Notes: generated by a model from the letters alone, not told the origin. A DNA stretch of 64,000 nucleotides from Candidatus Multivoradales bacterium (GCA_965248925.1 CBDFLE010000006.1:1248001-1312000), one strand, 5' to 3'. Shown: positions 37,853-47,964, counted from the first letter of the stretch. A program made the numbers and translations.

Positions 37853-40453
37853 GTGGAACCGAAACGTTGGCAGCTCGTAAAGCATATTCTCGATCAAGCA
37901 CTCGACGTTGAAAAAGGTGAGCTGCCGTCCCTAATGGTAGCGCTATGCCATGACGACAAAGCGTTGCAGCGAGAAGTGGAGTCGCTGCTCAGGGGACGTG
38001 AGAAGGTAGATCGATTCTTCGATGACCCTCTTCTAAGGCTGCGGTTTGCTGATACTACTGACTTCTCCTCTATCGAGCATCCGGATGAGCAGCAGGGGTT
38101 CCGCATCGGTCCCTACGAGCTACGCGAGCCCATTGGGCGAGGCGGCATGGGTGCGGTCTATCTGGCGACCCGAATCGACCAAGAGTACGAAGGACAAGTC
38201 GCGATCAAGATTCTCAAGCGTGGCATGGACTCCGCTGAGATCGTCCACCGCTTCCGCAACGAGCGGCAGATTCTCGCCAACCTAAATCACAACCATATCG
38301 CGCGCCTCTATGATGGCGGCACCACCGACGATGGTCGCCCCTATCTGGTGATGGAGTACGTCGACGGCACCACCGTCGACGTCTACTGCGATCAGCACCG
38401 GCTGTCCGCCTATCAACGTCTCAAGATTTTTCTCCAGATCTGCGAGGCCGTGGACTTCGCCCACCGCAATTTTGTCGTCCATCGGGATCTCAAACCGGGA
38501 AACATACTGGTCACTGTCGATGGCGTGCCCAAGCTCCTGGACTTCGGCATCGCCAAGCTTCTCGCTCCAGAGGTAGGCAGTAATTTTACCGCCGACCAAG
38601 GCTTGCGCATCATGACGCCTGCATACGCCAGCCCGGAACAGATCCGGGGCGAGGCAGTCACCACTGCCAGCGATACCTACTCGCTCGGCGTATTACTATA
38701 CGAGCTTTTGACGGGACGGCGTCCGTTTCACCTGCCCACCAGTCAGTGGGTTGAAGCGGCCCGGTTGTTGGAGGAACAGGAGCCCGTACCCCCGAGCGTC
38801 GTCGTGAGTCGCCACCAGGAGATGCTACTCCCTGACGGTAGCAAGAAATCGATCACGCCAGAGCAAGTCAGCGAGAACCGTTCCACCAGCCCTGGCAAGC
38901 TACGGAAGCTGCTACTCGGAGACATCGACAGTATCCTTATCAAGGCGCTTAAAAAGAATCCGTCCGATCGGTACAGCTCAGCGGCGGATTTGCTCGACGA
39001 CCTGAGGCGGTTCCTCAGTGGCAGACCGGTATCTGCGCAACGACTGACCGTCGGCTACAAAACAGCCAAGTTCCTGCGGCGCCACCGAGTCGCCATCGGC
39101 GTCCTGTTAGCCGTATTCCTCGCTCTCGGCAGCGTTCTGTATGCAGGCATGCAGCGCGCCAAAGCGGAACGAGAGCTCCTGCACAGCATGGATCAGCAGA
39201 AAAAGGCGCGATTGGAAACGCGAAAAGCGGAAAAGCTCGAAGACTTCTTAATCCTGTTCCTGTCCGGGTCAGATCCGGACAAGGAACGCTGGCGCAACGC
39301 TCGCCTGCGCGATGTGCTCGACCGCGGCGCCGCGCTCGTACCGGACGAACTCGACTCCATTCCCGAAGTACAAAGTACCTTGAGCAGTACGATCGGCCGC
39401 GTGTACCACAGCCTCGGACTGTTCTCGAGGGCGCGACCGCTGTTGGAAGCTAGCCTCAGGGCACGACTGGAGATACTTGGTCCGCAACACGAGCAAGTAG
39501 CGTACAGCGAAATCCATCTAGGCCGCCTCTACACCGATCTCCGCCTACTCGACCGCGCCGAGGAGCTGACCCGGCGGGGTCTGCGGAGCCTGCGCAACGC
39601 GGACAGCGCCCAGCAGCCATGGATTCTCAAGGCCGAGAACAATCTGGCCGCGATTTTCCAGATGCGTGGAGATCTTGCCGCCGCCGAGACCTTGTACCTG
39701 AAGGTTCTCAACCGGAAACGCAAGTTCCATGGTAAAGAACATCCTGCTGTCGCATTGGGGCTTCACAATCTAGCAGCTGTGGTTGCGGAACAGGGACGTT
39801 ACGAGGAGGCCAAAGAACTCTATACACAGTCCATCGCGATGAGGGAAGTCTTAGGGACCACTGAATCGCAGAGTATGGCGAAAACTCTGAGCAACTTAGG
39901 AGTACTAATGCAAAGCCAGATGGACCTTGATAAAGCATCTGATCTCTTTCACAGAAGCCTTGGAATCCGTAGACGACTCTTCCCGCGCGGCGACAATCGC
40001 GGCATCGCCATTACCCTGAACAACTTGGGAGTAACGCAGCATCTGCTCCGCGACTTGGAGATGGCAGGAGAGAGTTTTGACAGTGTGCTTGAGATACTAG
40101 AAAAGGCAGGTAGCGAGGGAGTTCTACTTGGTATAGTTCTCCGCAATCAAGCCAGTCTTATCGTTGACGAAGGGGCCTTCGATCGTGCCGACCTCAAAAT
40201 CCGACAGGCAATTAGAATACTCGAGAGGAATTTGCAAGACGACTCTTGGCGTCTCGCAGACGCCCGAAGCGTCCTCGGCGGTGTCTTGACAGGAATGGAA
40301 AGGTTTACCGAAGCAGAACAACTGTTGACGGATACTTTGAAAATCCTCCGGGCCCAGAGCGCCGCATGCCCAAGGCAGTTTCGTGAGGCAAGCCAGAGAC
40401 TACGTGATCTCTATACTAAGTGGGACAGGTCAGATGCGTCCCGGAGTCTGTAG
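37853..40453 (+). CDS. Ser/Thr protein kinase with TM and TPR repeats
   Basis: GRGGMG, VAIK, HRDLKPGN, DFG and YASPE motifs, TM, and C-terminal TPRs. Canonical partner of TIGR02999 sigma factors. Confidence 0.95.
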   Translation: MEPKRWQLVKHILDQALDVEKGELPSLMVALCHDDKALQREVESLLRGREKVDRFFDDPLLRLRFADTTDFSSIEHPDEQQGFRIGPYELREPIGRGGMGAVYLATRIDQEYEGQVAIKILKRGMDSAEIVHRFRNERQILANLNHNHIARLYDGGTTDDGRPYLVMEYVDGTTVDVYCDQHRLSAYQRLKIFLQICEAVDFAHRNFVVHRDLKPGNILVTVDGVPKLLDFGIAKLLAPEVGSNFTADQGLRIMTPAYASPEQIRGEAVTTASDTYSLGVLLYELLTGRRPFHLPTSQWVEAARLLEEQEPVPPSVVVSRHQEMLLPDGSKKSITPEQVSENRSTSPGKLRKLLLGDIDSILIKALKKNPSDRYSSAADLLDDLRRFLSGRPVSAQRLTVGYKTAKFLRRHRVAIGVLLAVFLALGSVLYAGMQRAKAERELLHSMDQQKKARLETRKAEKLEDFLILFLSGSDPDKERWRNARLRDVLDRGAALVPDELDSIPEVQSTLSSTIGRVYHSLGLFSRARPLLEASLRARLEILGPQHEQVAYSEIHLGRLYTDLRLLDRAEELTRRGLRSLRNADSAQQPWILKAENNLAAIFQMRGDLAAAETLYLKVLNRKRKFHGKEHPAVALGLHNLAAVVAEQGRYEEAKELYTQSIAMREVLGTTESQSMAKTLSNLGVLMQSQMDLDKASDLFHRSLGIRRRLFPRGDNRGIAITLNNLGVTQHLLRDLEMAGESFDSVLEILEKAGSEGVLLGIVLRNQASLIVDEGAFDRADLKIRQAIRILERNLQDDSWRLADARSVLGGVLTGMERFTEAEQLLTDTLKILRAQSAACPRQFREASQRLRDLYTKWDRSDASRSL

Positions 40454-40804
40454 AGAACAGACAACGGCACAGAGCTTCCGTTTGATTCAGGGTTGGGTTA
40501 ACCAACTTTGTAGGCAGGGCTCCTACCTAATTGGAATCGAGTTGGAATGCGAAGGGACCGTCGGCACATAAATCTGCCTGGCTAGCAAACGCGATGTTTC
40601 GGCCATCGACCTCGAACTCAAGCAGAGTGTGATCTTCCAGTGCACATTGATTCCCTCCCTTGGCGACCAGAGAGCCCGCAAAGCCTCCAGCACCACCGCT
40701 GGCAGCAGTCACCATGAGTCAGTGGTCTGCCGAGCGGCAGCTACTCCGCCACCGGCCCGGCCACTTACAGGTCGGCCCGGCCTGATCCAGCGCGAAACTC
40801 GTTA

Positions 40805-41831
40805 CGCCCTCAAACTAGAGGTCGAAACCTTGCGCTCAGCCCTCGAACCCCGCATCTTGGGGACTTCATCGGTGATCGAAAAAATGCTCCAGCTGATCGA
40901 ACGGGCCGCCCCCACCGATGCCCGAGTACTGATCTGTGGCGAATCGGGGACCGGCAAAGAACTGGTCGCCGACGCCCTGCACCGGCAGAGTCCGCGCCAC
41001 GGCAAACCCTTTATCAAACTCAACTGCGCCGCCGTGCCCGAACAACTGATCGAAGACGAATTGTTCGGCCACGTCAAAGGAGCCTTCACCGACGCCCGTG
41101 GCGCCAAACCGGGCCTGTTCGAGGAGGCCGACGGTGGCACCTTGTTCCTCGACGAGATCGGCGACATGGGCTACCAGCTCCAGGCCCGCCTGCTGCGGGT
41201 GCTCGAAGACGGCCGGGTGCGGCGGGTCGGCGACACCCAGGATCGGGCGGTCGATGTGCGGGTGCTGGCCGCCACCCACCGCGACCTGCTGCAGACCGTT
41301 GCGGATGGCGCTTTTCGCGAGGATCTATACTTCCGCCTCGCCGCTCTGCCCATCGACGTGCCCGCCCTGCGCGAGCGGGAAGGCGATCTCAGGCTGCTCT
41401 TTCTGCACTTCCTCGACCACTTCAGTCGCCATCACCGGATGCGCCCACGGCAAGTCGCCGAGCCGGTGTTCGGGGTGATCAAAAACTACGCCTGGCCCGG
41501 CAACGTGCGCGAGCTACGCAATGTCTGCGAGCGCCTGGTGGTCTTCGGCTGCGACCCGGTGACCCTTGATCAACTACCGCCAGCCCTGTTCGCCGATGGC
41601 CGCCAAGGCGATGCCAACCTGCTGCGCCTCGAGCAGACCTTCCCGCCGATCCCCCTGCGCGAACTCAAGACCCGGGTCGAGAGGGAGTACATCGAGAGCG
41701 TGCTGCAACGCGCCCGGTGGAACTTCACCGCCACCGCCAAGCATCTCGGCATTCAGCGCACCTACCTACACCAGAAGGTGAACACGCTGGGGATCAGCCG
41801 ACCTGAGAACGGTGCCGAGGCGGAGGGCTGA
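40805..41831 (+). pseudogene. 5'-truncated duplicate of the sigma54 regulator (AAA+-HTH, no receiver domain)
   Basis: Identical protein from ALKLEVE onward except TARQL to TAKHL and GVEAEG to GAEAEG. Frame is open upstream to GTG 40629 through unrelated sequence. Confidence 0.8.
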
Positions 41832-41878
41832 ATCTACGACCGGTCGCCCTGATTCGACCGCCCGGCAGCGCCCCATCC
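40805..41878 (+). repeat. 1,074-bp direct repeat, copy 2
   Basis: Matches 7317-8390. Confidence 0.97.
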
Positions 41879-42143
41879 GCGACACTGGCTACTTCTGTTT
41901 CATCGGTCCCGTAATGTCGAAGCGATCGTCAAAGTGATCGACGCCTGCGGCTCCCAGTTCGACAACTTCTGGGTAGTCACTGCCAGCTTGACCAACGTCG
42001 AAGCCTCTTTGCTGGTACTTGACCGCCAGAGCGGCGAAGTGCGGACCTACCGCAATCCACCAGGGCACCCCCTTCACACCGATTCAGGATACTTCGGCTC
42101 TTGCCACCTGCCCCTGACAGCCTTGCCCCAACAGGATCGGTAG
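41879..42143 (+). pseudogene. Orphan C-terminal domain fragment of a secreted protein
   Basis: DTGYFCFIG/RNVEAIVKVIDACGSQFDNFWVVTASLTNVE...GEVRTYRNPPG with one frameshift. Resembles a C-terminal domain I recall from Thermoanaerobaculia secreted proteins. Confidence 0.6.
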
Positions 42144-42215
42144 GAGCTCCCCTTCCGCGCCTATCCCAACGGGTAGTGTCAAGCTCGCCGGCTCGTTCTA
42201 CAATCCGCGACTATC

Positions 42216-43190
42216 ATGGCTGAGACTTCCCAAACTTCTTCTCCCAACCCCGGTACCCGTTCCGCAGCCCATCCTGGGTCCAAGATCGGCGTCGCGGTGT
42301 CCAGAGTTTTCGACAACCTATCGCCCGACGAGCCGCAGAAGGCGGCGCGCACGGCCCGCCGGCAGCTGAAGAAAAAAGAGACCAAGCGGGTAGTACAAGC
42401 GGCGTTGGAACGCTACTTTGCAAGTGAAGATCTGAAGCCCTATCAGGCCGAGCTGATCAAGTTGCAGCAGCACATCGAGGCCACCGGCAAGAAGATCATC
42501 ATCCTCTTCGACGGTCGCGATGCTGCCGGCAAGGGCGGCACCATCCGCCGCGTCACTCGCTACATGAACGAGAAACGCTACCGCGTGGTGGCCCTGGGCA
42601 AGCCGACCAAAGAGCAGAAGACCGAGCTGCACATGAAGCGCTACATCGAGCAGCTTCCCCACGCCGGCGAGATGGTGCTCTTCGACCGCAGCTGGTACAA
42701 CCGGGCGATGGTCGAACCGGTCATGGGTTTCTGTAGCGCCAAGCAGTATCGCGACTTCATGCGCCGAGTCACGGGCTATGAAGAGCGCCTCTTGACCGAT
42801 GCCACGACTCATTTGATCAAGCTCTACTTCTCGGTCTCCAAAGACGAGCAGAATCGCCGCTTCGACCGGCGCCGCAACGATCCCCTGCGGCATTGGAAGT
42901 TGAGCGAAGTGGATCTGCAAGCCCAGGATCTATGGGACGAATTCACCGAGAAGAAGTTTCGTCTGCTACAGAAAACTCATACCGAGAAGACCCCGTGGTA
43001 CATTGTTCGGTCGGACCAAAAGCACTTGGCTCGCCGAGAGACCATCAAACTGATTCTCAAGCTGATCCCTTATCGGGGACGCAGCCGCAAGCTCAGCTTC
43101 GACCTCGACCCAGAGGTAGTGATCCCCGGCGACGAGGAGATCCGACTGATGCGCAGGCAGCGGCGCCGACACGGTAGGTTCTTGGCCTAG
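42216..43190 (+). CDS. ppk2: Polyphosphate kinase 2
   Basis: FDGRDAAGKGG, FDRSWYNR and DPLRHWKLS motifs. Confidence 0.93.
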   Translation: MAETSQTSSPNPGTRSAAHPGSKIGVAVSRVFDNLSPDEPQKAARTARRQLKKKETKRVVQAALERYFASEDLKPYQAELIKLQQHIEATGKKIIILFDGRDAAGKGGTIRRVTRYMNEKRYRVVALGKPTKEQKTELHMKRYIEQLPHAGEMVLFDRSWYNRAMVEPVMGFCSAKQYRDFMRRVTGYEERLLTDATTHLIKLYFSVSKDEQNRRFDRRRNDPLRHWKLSEVDLQAQDLWDEFTEKKFRLLQKTHTEKTPWYIVRSDQKHLARRETIKLILKLIPYRGRSRKLSFDLDPEVVIPGDEEIRLMRRQRRRHGRFLA

Positions 43191-43244
43191 AAGCACCCGC
43201 GAAGCCGACCACTGCAATCGCCCAAACTCACAGGTAACCACCGC

Positions 43245-44081
43245 ATGACCGAGAAAGAGAAAGAGAAAGAGAAAGAGAAAGAGCCGGCCGCTGGCGATGA
43301 CCTCATCGACAAGAGACTGAAGTACAGCGAGGACCTCCGCGGTTTGCAAGTCGAACTGCTCAAGTTCCAGAACCACGTCAAAGACCAGGGTCTGCGGGTT
43401 GTGTTGCTCTTCGAGGGGCGGGATGCCGCCGGCAAGGGTGGCACCATCAAACGCTTTACCCAGCACCTCAACCCTCGCGGCGCTCGGGTTGTAGCCCTAG
43501 AGAAACCTAGTGATCGCGAGCGAACGCAGTGGTTCTTCCAGCGCTATGTAGCCCATCTTCCTGCAGCTGGTGAGATCGTTTTTTTCGATCGCTCGTGGTA
43601 CAACCGCGCCATGGTCGAGCCGATCATGGGGTTTTGCAACGACGAGCAGAACAAGCGCTTCTTAAAGGATGTGCCGCAGTTTGAGAAACTGCTAGTCAAA
43701 GATGGCATTCTTCTGTTCAAATATTATTTCTCTGTATCGAAGGAAGAGCAGCTACAGCGCTTCGAATCGCGCACCAATGATCCCCTAAAGCAGTACAAAA
43801 TTTCGCCAGTGGACCGCGAGGCGCAGAATTTGTGGAACCAATACACGGTAAAGAAATTCCAGATGCTCGGAGAATCCAACCGCTCCCTGACCCCCTGGAC
43901 GATCATTCGTTCGGACAATAAGAAACGGGCTCGGGTGAATTGCATCAGACACTTTCTGAGCCAGGTCGATTTTCCAGCTAAACCCGACCCTGAGCGCTTC
44001 ACCACCGACCCAGAGGTCGTCATCTCCGGCATCGATGAGCTCAAGTTCCTCGAAGACAACCTCTTCGATATCCGCAAGTAG
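43245..44081 (+). CDS. ppk2: Polyphosphate kinase 2 (second paralogue)
   Basis: FEGRDAAGKGG, FDRSWYNR and DPLKQYKISPVD motifs. Confidence 0.94.
   Translation: MTEKEKEKEKEKEPAAGDDLIDKRLKYSEDLRGLQVELLKFQNHVKDQGLRVVLLFEGRDAAGKGGTIKRFTQHLNPRGARVVALEKPSDRERTQWFFQRYVAHLPAAGEIVFFDRSWYNRAMVEPIMGFCNDEQNKRFLKDVPQFEKLLVKDGILLFKYYFSVSKEEQLQRFESRTNDPLKQYKISPVDREAQNLWNQYTVKKFQMLGESNRSLTPWTIIRSDNKKRARVNCIRHFLSQVDFPAKPDPERFTTDPEVVISGIDELKFLEDNLFDIRK
43251..43283 (+). repeat. (GAGAAA)5.5 in-frame microsatellite encoding EKEKEKEKEKE
   Basis: Seen directly at the start of the second ppk2. Confidence 0.9.
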
Positions 44082-44291
44082 TCCCCCCAGGCCCGGTACT
44101 TCAACCGGACCCACAACGACTTCGAATTGAACGAGTCTGGGAGTGCGGGAGTCCCAGGAAGGCGAAACGCAACATTATTTTCAAGAATTTCCGTGGGTTT
44201 TCGGAGTCCCGCCAATCCGCCACCGGCGACCGGGCACTGGGAAATGACGGCGGAGGCTGCGTATCGCCAAGAACAGGGGTACAATGAGCCC

Positions 44292-44513
44292 ATGAAGCCG
44301 ATCCGTGATCAGGCCCTGCTCGACCGCATGGAGAGGATGTTCGACCTCTGCGACGCCGCTGAAGACCTGATGCGGCAGAATATCCGCCGTCGCCACCCCG
44401 AGTTCAGCGACGCAGAAGTCGAGCAGCGCATCGCCGCTTGGTACCTAGACCGCCCGATCGAACTCGACGAGCACGTCGCCGGCCCCTACCAGCGCCTTGG
44501 CTCACTCCTATGA
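44292..44513 (+). CDS. Small putative antitoxin
   Basis: 73 aa, MRQNIRRRHPEFSDAEVEQRIAAW; overlaps the start of the downstream nucleotidyltransferase. Confidence 0.65.
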   Translation: MKPIRDQALLDRMERMFDLCDAAEDLMRQNIRRRHPEFSDAEVEQRIAAWYLDRPIELDEHVAGPYQRLGSLL

Positions 44514-45112
44514 GCCTCCTAACCCGCGGCTTGATTCAGCTGGATGCTGATCTGCGGGCCCTTGACCTGAGGTGGGCTGTGATCGGTGGACTGGCGGTAT
44601 CAGTCCACTCGATTCCCAGAACTACCGAGGACCTGGACGCTGCATTAGCGGTCACCGGAGACCCTCAAGCTGAGCAAGTCACAGGGGATCTGCGCGCCCG
44701 AGGCTACCGCCTGATGACCCCACCCATCGAGCAGACCGAGACTGGTAGGTTGGCCACGGTTCGCTTCCACGCTCCACCGCACGCCAGCCACCACCTGATC
44801 GTAGACTTGATGTTCGCCTCTTCCGGTATCGAGCGCGAGATCGTCGCAGCTGCCACAAAACTTGAGGTTCTGCGGCAAGTCGTCGTGCCCGTCATCTGCC
44901 TTGGACATCTCCTGGCCTTGAAGATGTTGGCCAGCCGGCCGCAGGATCTGGCGGACATTCAGCGGTTGCTAGAGACTGCAACGAGCGAAGATCGGCGACA
45001 GGCTGAGGATGCCTTGGAGCTGATCTCCCGACGAGGGTTCGACCGCGGCAAGAACCTGCAGACCAATTTTGCGCAGCAGCTGGCGCTGTTCAACGAAAGC
45101 AAATCCGGATGA
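44510..45112 (+). CDS. Nucleotidyltransferase (AbiEii/DUF6036-like toxin)
   Basis: AVIGGLAV...RTTEDLD, LLALK and RPQDLADI motifs. Confidence 0.82.
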   Translation: MSLLTRGLIQLDADLRALDLRWAVIGGLAVSVHSIPRTTEDLDAALAVTGDPQAEQVTGDLRARGYRLMTPPIEQTETGRLATVRFHAPPHASHHLIVDLMFASSGIEREIVAAATKLEVLRQVVVPVICLGHLLALKMLASRPQDLADIQRLLETATSEDRRQAEDALELISRRGFDRGKNLQTNFAQQLALFNESKSG

Positions 45113-47964
45113 GCGGTACCGACATCAAGGATCCCTTCTACCAAAATATTTTTCAAGCGCTGGAATCGAAACGCTTCGACCCGCTCACCTTCGAAGCTTG
45201 CATGTGCGACTTGTTGCGGGGCGCGCCCTTCGACGATCTGGTGCCGGTCCCCGGCGGCAGCGATAGTGGCACGGACGGCGCCTTCGCGGATGGGAAGGGC
45301 GAAGCATATCCACTGATCACTACCACCGGTCAAAACGTGATCGGCAACCTCACCCGTAGCCTGGATTCCTACCTGAAGAAAGGCGGTAGGCGCCGAAAAG
45401 CGGTGCTCGCCACATCGGTCGCTCTGACCCCCAAACGCAGAAGAAACCTCGAAGAACGCGCCAGGGAAAAGGGTTTCGTGCTCTGCCAGGTTGTCGAGCA
45501 ACTAGGCATCGCCGATCGCCTCTACCGGAGTCCACACTGGTGCAAGGAGTTGCTCGGGCTCGCCGGTACACCACCAGCACTGTCGATCGTACCTCTGCGA
45601 CGCCGACCACACATTGAGATTGAGCTGATCGGCAGAGACGCTGACCTTGAGTGGCTGAGGACTACCGCTGGAGATCGGGTGCTATCTGGCCAACCGGGGG
45701 CTGGCAAGACCTTTCTCTTGCAACAGCTGGTCAAAGAAGGGGGCGGACTCTTCTTGACCAGCGACGATCACAACGAGATAGCCAACGCGCTGCGCAGCCA
45801 GCAACCGAGGGTGGTGATTGTCGACGACGCTCACCAGGGCCCCGAGCTGCTCATATACCTACGTCATCTGCGCGAGAGCCTGGACTCATTCTCGATCATT
45901 GCCAGCACTTGGATTAGCGGCCGGGAAGCGGTAGCCAGGGCGCTGGAAGCGCCTGATGAGCAATGCCGTCAGCTTGAACTCTTGACCCGCGAGCAGATCC
46001 TTGAGATCTACCGACAGGCCGGGGTCGATGCACACGATGATCTCCTCCGTGAGCTGGTCGACCAAGCGTCGAACAAACCCGGCCTGGCGGCCACCCTGGC
46101 ACGGTTCTGGTTGCGGGGCTCATGGCGCGTGGTGCTCGGGGGCAAAGCGCTGAGCCAGGCACTGATTCCCGATCTTCGCCAGCTCATGGGCAAAGGCACA
46201 ACCGATCTCTTGGCGGCGCTCGGAATCGGCGGCGAGGCTGGCATGGTGCCGCATAAAGTCGGGAAACTCCTCGGACTCAGCAAAGTGGAGACCCGCGAGA
46301 TTGCGAACGGCCTCGCCACGGGCGGCGTTCTCTTCGAGAACGGACAAAACCTCGTGGTGAGACCCGACGCGCTCCGCTCAGCTTTGCTGTCAGAGGTCTT
46401 CTTCAGTGGCTCGCCTACCGATCACAACTTTCTACCCATCCTTGAACTCGCACCCGATCGTTCCGCTGCTATCGTGGCGCTGGTCACCGCCGCACGCACC
46501 GGCGCCCAAATCCCAAAACTACAGCAGCTGATCCACGAGAGCGACTCCATCTACGCCTGGCAAGGTTACGCCGCTCTGGGCGAGCAAGAAGCTCGATGGG
46601 CGCTGACTCACTACCCTGGATCGGTCATCAACATCGCGCGGGAAGCGCTGGATCAAGCAGCTCCAAGCGCCATTGAGAAGCTCCTGGTAGCTGCCGCCAA
46701 TGGCCAGCCGGCGGCGGGCGAGCCGGCGTACTCCTGCCTCAGGAAGTGGCTCCAGGAGATACAGATCGCACCTGCCAAGTCGATCCGGCGGCGCCAGCTG
46801 CTGATGGATCAAGCCGAGCGCTACCTCAAGTGCGATGGAGACCCGCTGGTTGCCGTACGGGCCTTTCTCCTGACGCTGACTCCGATCTGCGCGGAGACCA
46901 CGGTCGACCCTGGTCTCGGCAAGAGAATCACTGACAGGTACCGCCTGCTGCCCGTCGAACAGCTGTCGGAGATCCTGAGCATCTGGAAGAAAGGACAGAA
47001 GATCATCGGCGATATCGACAGCGAAGTCTGGTCGTCTCTGAGCGGTGCGCTGTTGGACTGGATTCAACCTGGACGAGCCTGCATCACCAATGTACCGGCA
47101 GACCACTTTCAAGTCATGCAGGAAATCGCCAGAGTCATGCTGCAAGATCTGGCTCTACTGATTGGTGCTAACCCCAGCCTGGCGACTGGGCTCTCACGAC
47201 TGGCGAGCAAAATCGGGCATGAGTTAGAGGTGGGCATTGATGGAAACTTCGACTTGATCTTTCCCGATCCGGCGATGATCCAGCCCAGTCCCAACGAGGA
47301 GCCGCTCCGGCAGCTGGCCCGCCGGTGGAGCGAGACGATGCGGCCAGCCGAGATTGCGGACTGCCTGGCCACCTACCAGCAACAAGCTGACCTGATCGGT
47401 CACCGGCTGTCCGGTCGGCAAATCAGGTTCTGTGAGCTACTGGCCACTGAAGCGCCCGAGCCCATCCGTTGGCTGGACGCTTTCCTGGCCCGCGGTCTCG
47501 CCGGCAACCTCTTCCATCCACTCCTGGAGCGGATCGCCGAGTACAAGCCGCCAGGCTGGCAGAGATCCTTCGACAAGGTGCTCGCCATCGGGGACCAGTC
47601 GTGGGCAGCCATCGATCTGATCTTGCGTAGGCAGGCCCACTCAGGAGCTCTCCTGAGCAAAGCCCTGGAGCTTGGCGTGCTCTATCCGCAGCTGATCGAA
47701 ACTCTCTGCCTGCGACGAGAGATTCCGCTTGCCACTTTGAAGAAGCTACTCCAACATCCGAACCGGGAGCTTGCATTGACCGCTGCTATCGGCGAATGGG
47801 CCGCCAAATCCGACGGCAAAGTGCGTCCAGAGATCGAAGAGGCGTGGCGCCAGGCGATTCTCGACTTCGATCCCGGCGGCAGCGGTGGCAGAGCGGGAAA
47901 CGAAGCGCGGCTCTACTGGATGGAGCAGATTCTGCGCCGCAACCCCGACCTTGAGTATGCCTGA
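45109..47964 (+). CDS. Restriction-endonuclease-like N-terminus plus STAND NTPase plus helical sensor (Avs-like)
   Basis: FEACMCDLL...GGSDSGTDG, Walker A SGQPGAGKT, Walker B VIVDDAH, SNKPG (GxP-like) and a long helical C-terminus. Confidence 0.7.
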   Translation: MSGTDIKDPFYQNIFQALESKRFDPLTFEACMCDLLRGAPFDDLVPVPGGSDSGTDGAFADGKGEAYPLITTTGQNVIGNLTRSLDSYLKKGGRRRKAVLATSVALTPKRRRNLEERAREKGFVLCQVVEQLGIADRLYRSPHWCKELLGLAGTPPALSIVPLRRRPHIEIELIGRDADLEWLRTTAGDRVLSGQPGAGKTFLLQQLVKEGGGLFLTSDDHNEIANALRSQQPRVVIVDDAHQGPELLIYLRHLRESLDSFSIIASTWISGREAVARALEAPDEQCRQLELLTREQILEIYRQAGVDAHDDLLRELVDQASNKPGLAATLARFWLRGSWRVVLGGKALSQALIPDLRQLMGKGTTDLLAALGIGGEAGMVPHKVGKLLGLSKVETREIANGLATGGVLFENGQNLVVRPDALRSALLSEVFFSGSPTDHNFLPILELAPDRSAAIVALVTAARTGAQIPKLQQLIHESDSIYAWQGYAALGEQEARWALTHYPGSVINIAREALDQAAPSAIEKLLVAAANGQPAAGEPAYSCLRKWLQEIQIAPAKSIRRRQLLMDQAERYLKCDGDPLVAVRAFLLTLTPICAETTVDPGLGKRITDRYRLLPVEQLSEILSIWKKGQKIIGDIDSEVWSSLSGALLDWIQPGRACITNVPADHFQVMQEIARVMLQDLALLIGANPSLATGLSRLASKIGHELEVGIDGNFDLIFPDPAMIQPSPNEEPLRQLARRWSETMRPAEIADCLATYQQQADLIGHRLSGRQIRFCELLATEAPEPIRWLDAFLARGLAGNLFHPLLERIAEYKPPGWQRSFDKVLAIGDQSWAAIDLILRRQAHSGALLSKALELGVLYPQLIETLCLRREIPLATLKKLLQHPNRELALTAAIGEWAAKSDGKVRPEIEEAWRQAILDFDPGGSGGRAGNEARLYWMEQILRRNPDLEYA

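Larger units (their letters stand above)
8391..40804. mobile_element. ~32.4 kb genomic island between the 1,074-bp direct repeats
   Basis: Flanking repeats, accessory cargo, two IS elements and stretches visibly more AT-rich than the flanks. No integrase recognised. Confidence 0.65.

Noticed and set aside
40527-40790. 62-aa minus-strand ORF and the GGCCCGGCC pair at the right island edge
   Set aside because: No recognisable motif or RBS, and short GC-rich repeats are expected by chance.
8391-40804. Prophage, ICE or CRISPR-Cas (type III-E) interpretation of the island
   Set aside because: No integrase, phage structural, conjugation or cas genes and no repeat-spacer array were found.
43251-43283. 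On/off phase variation at (GAGAAA)n
   Set aside because: The unit length is a multiple of three, so slippage would not shift the frame.
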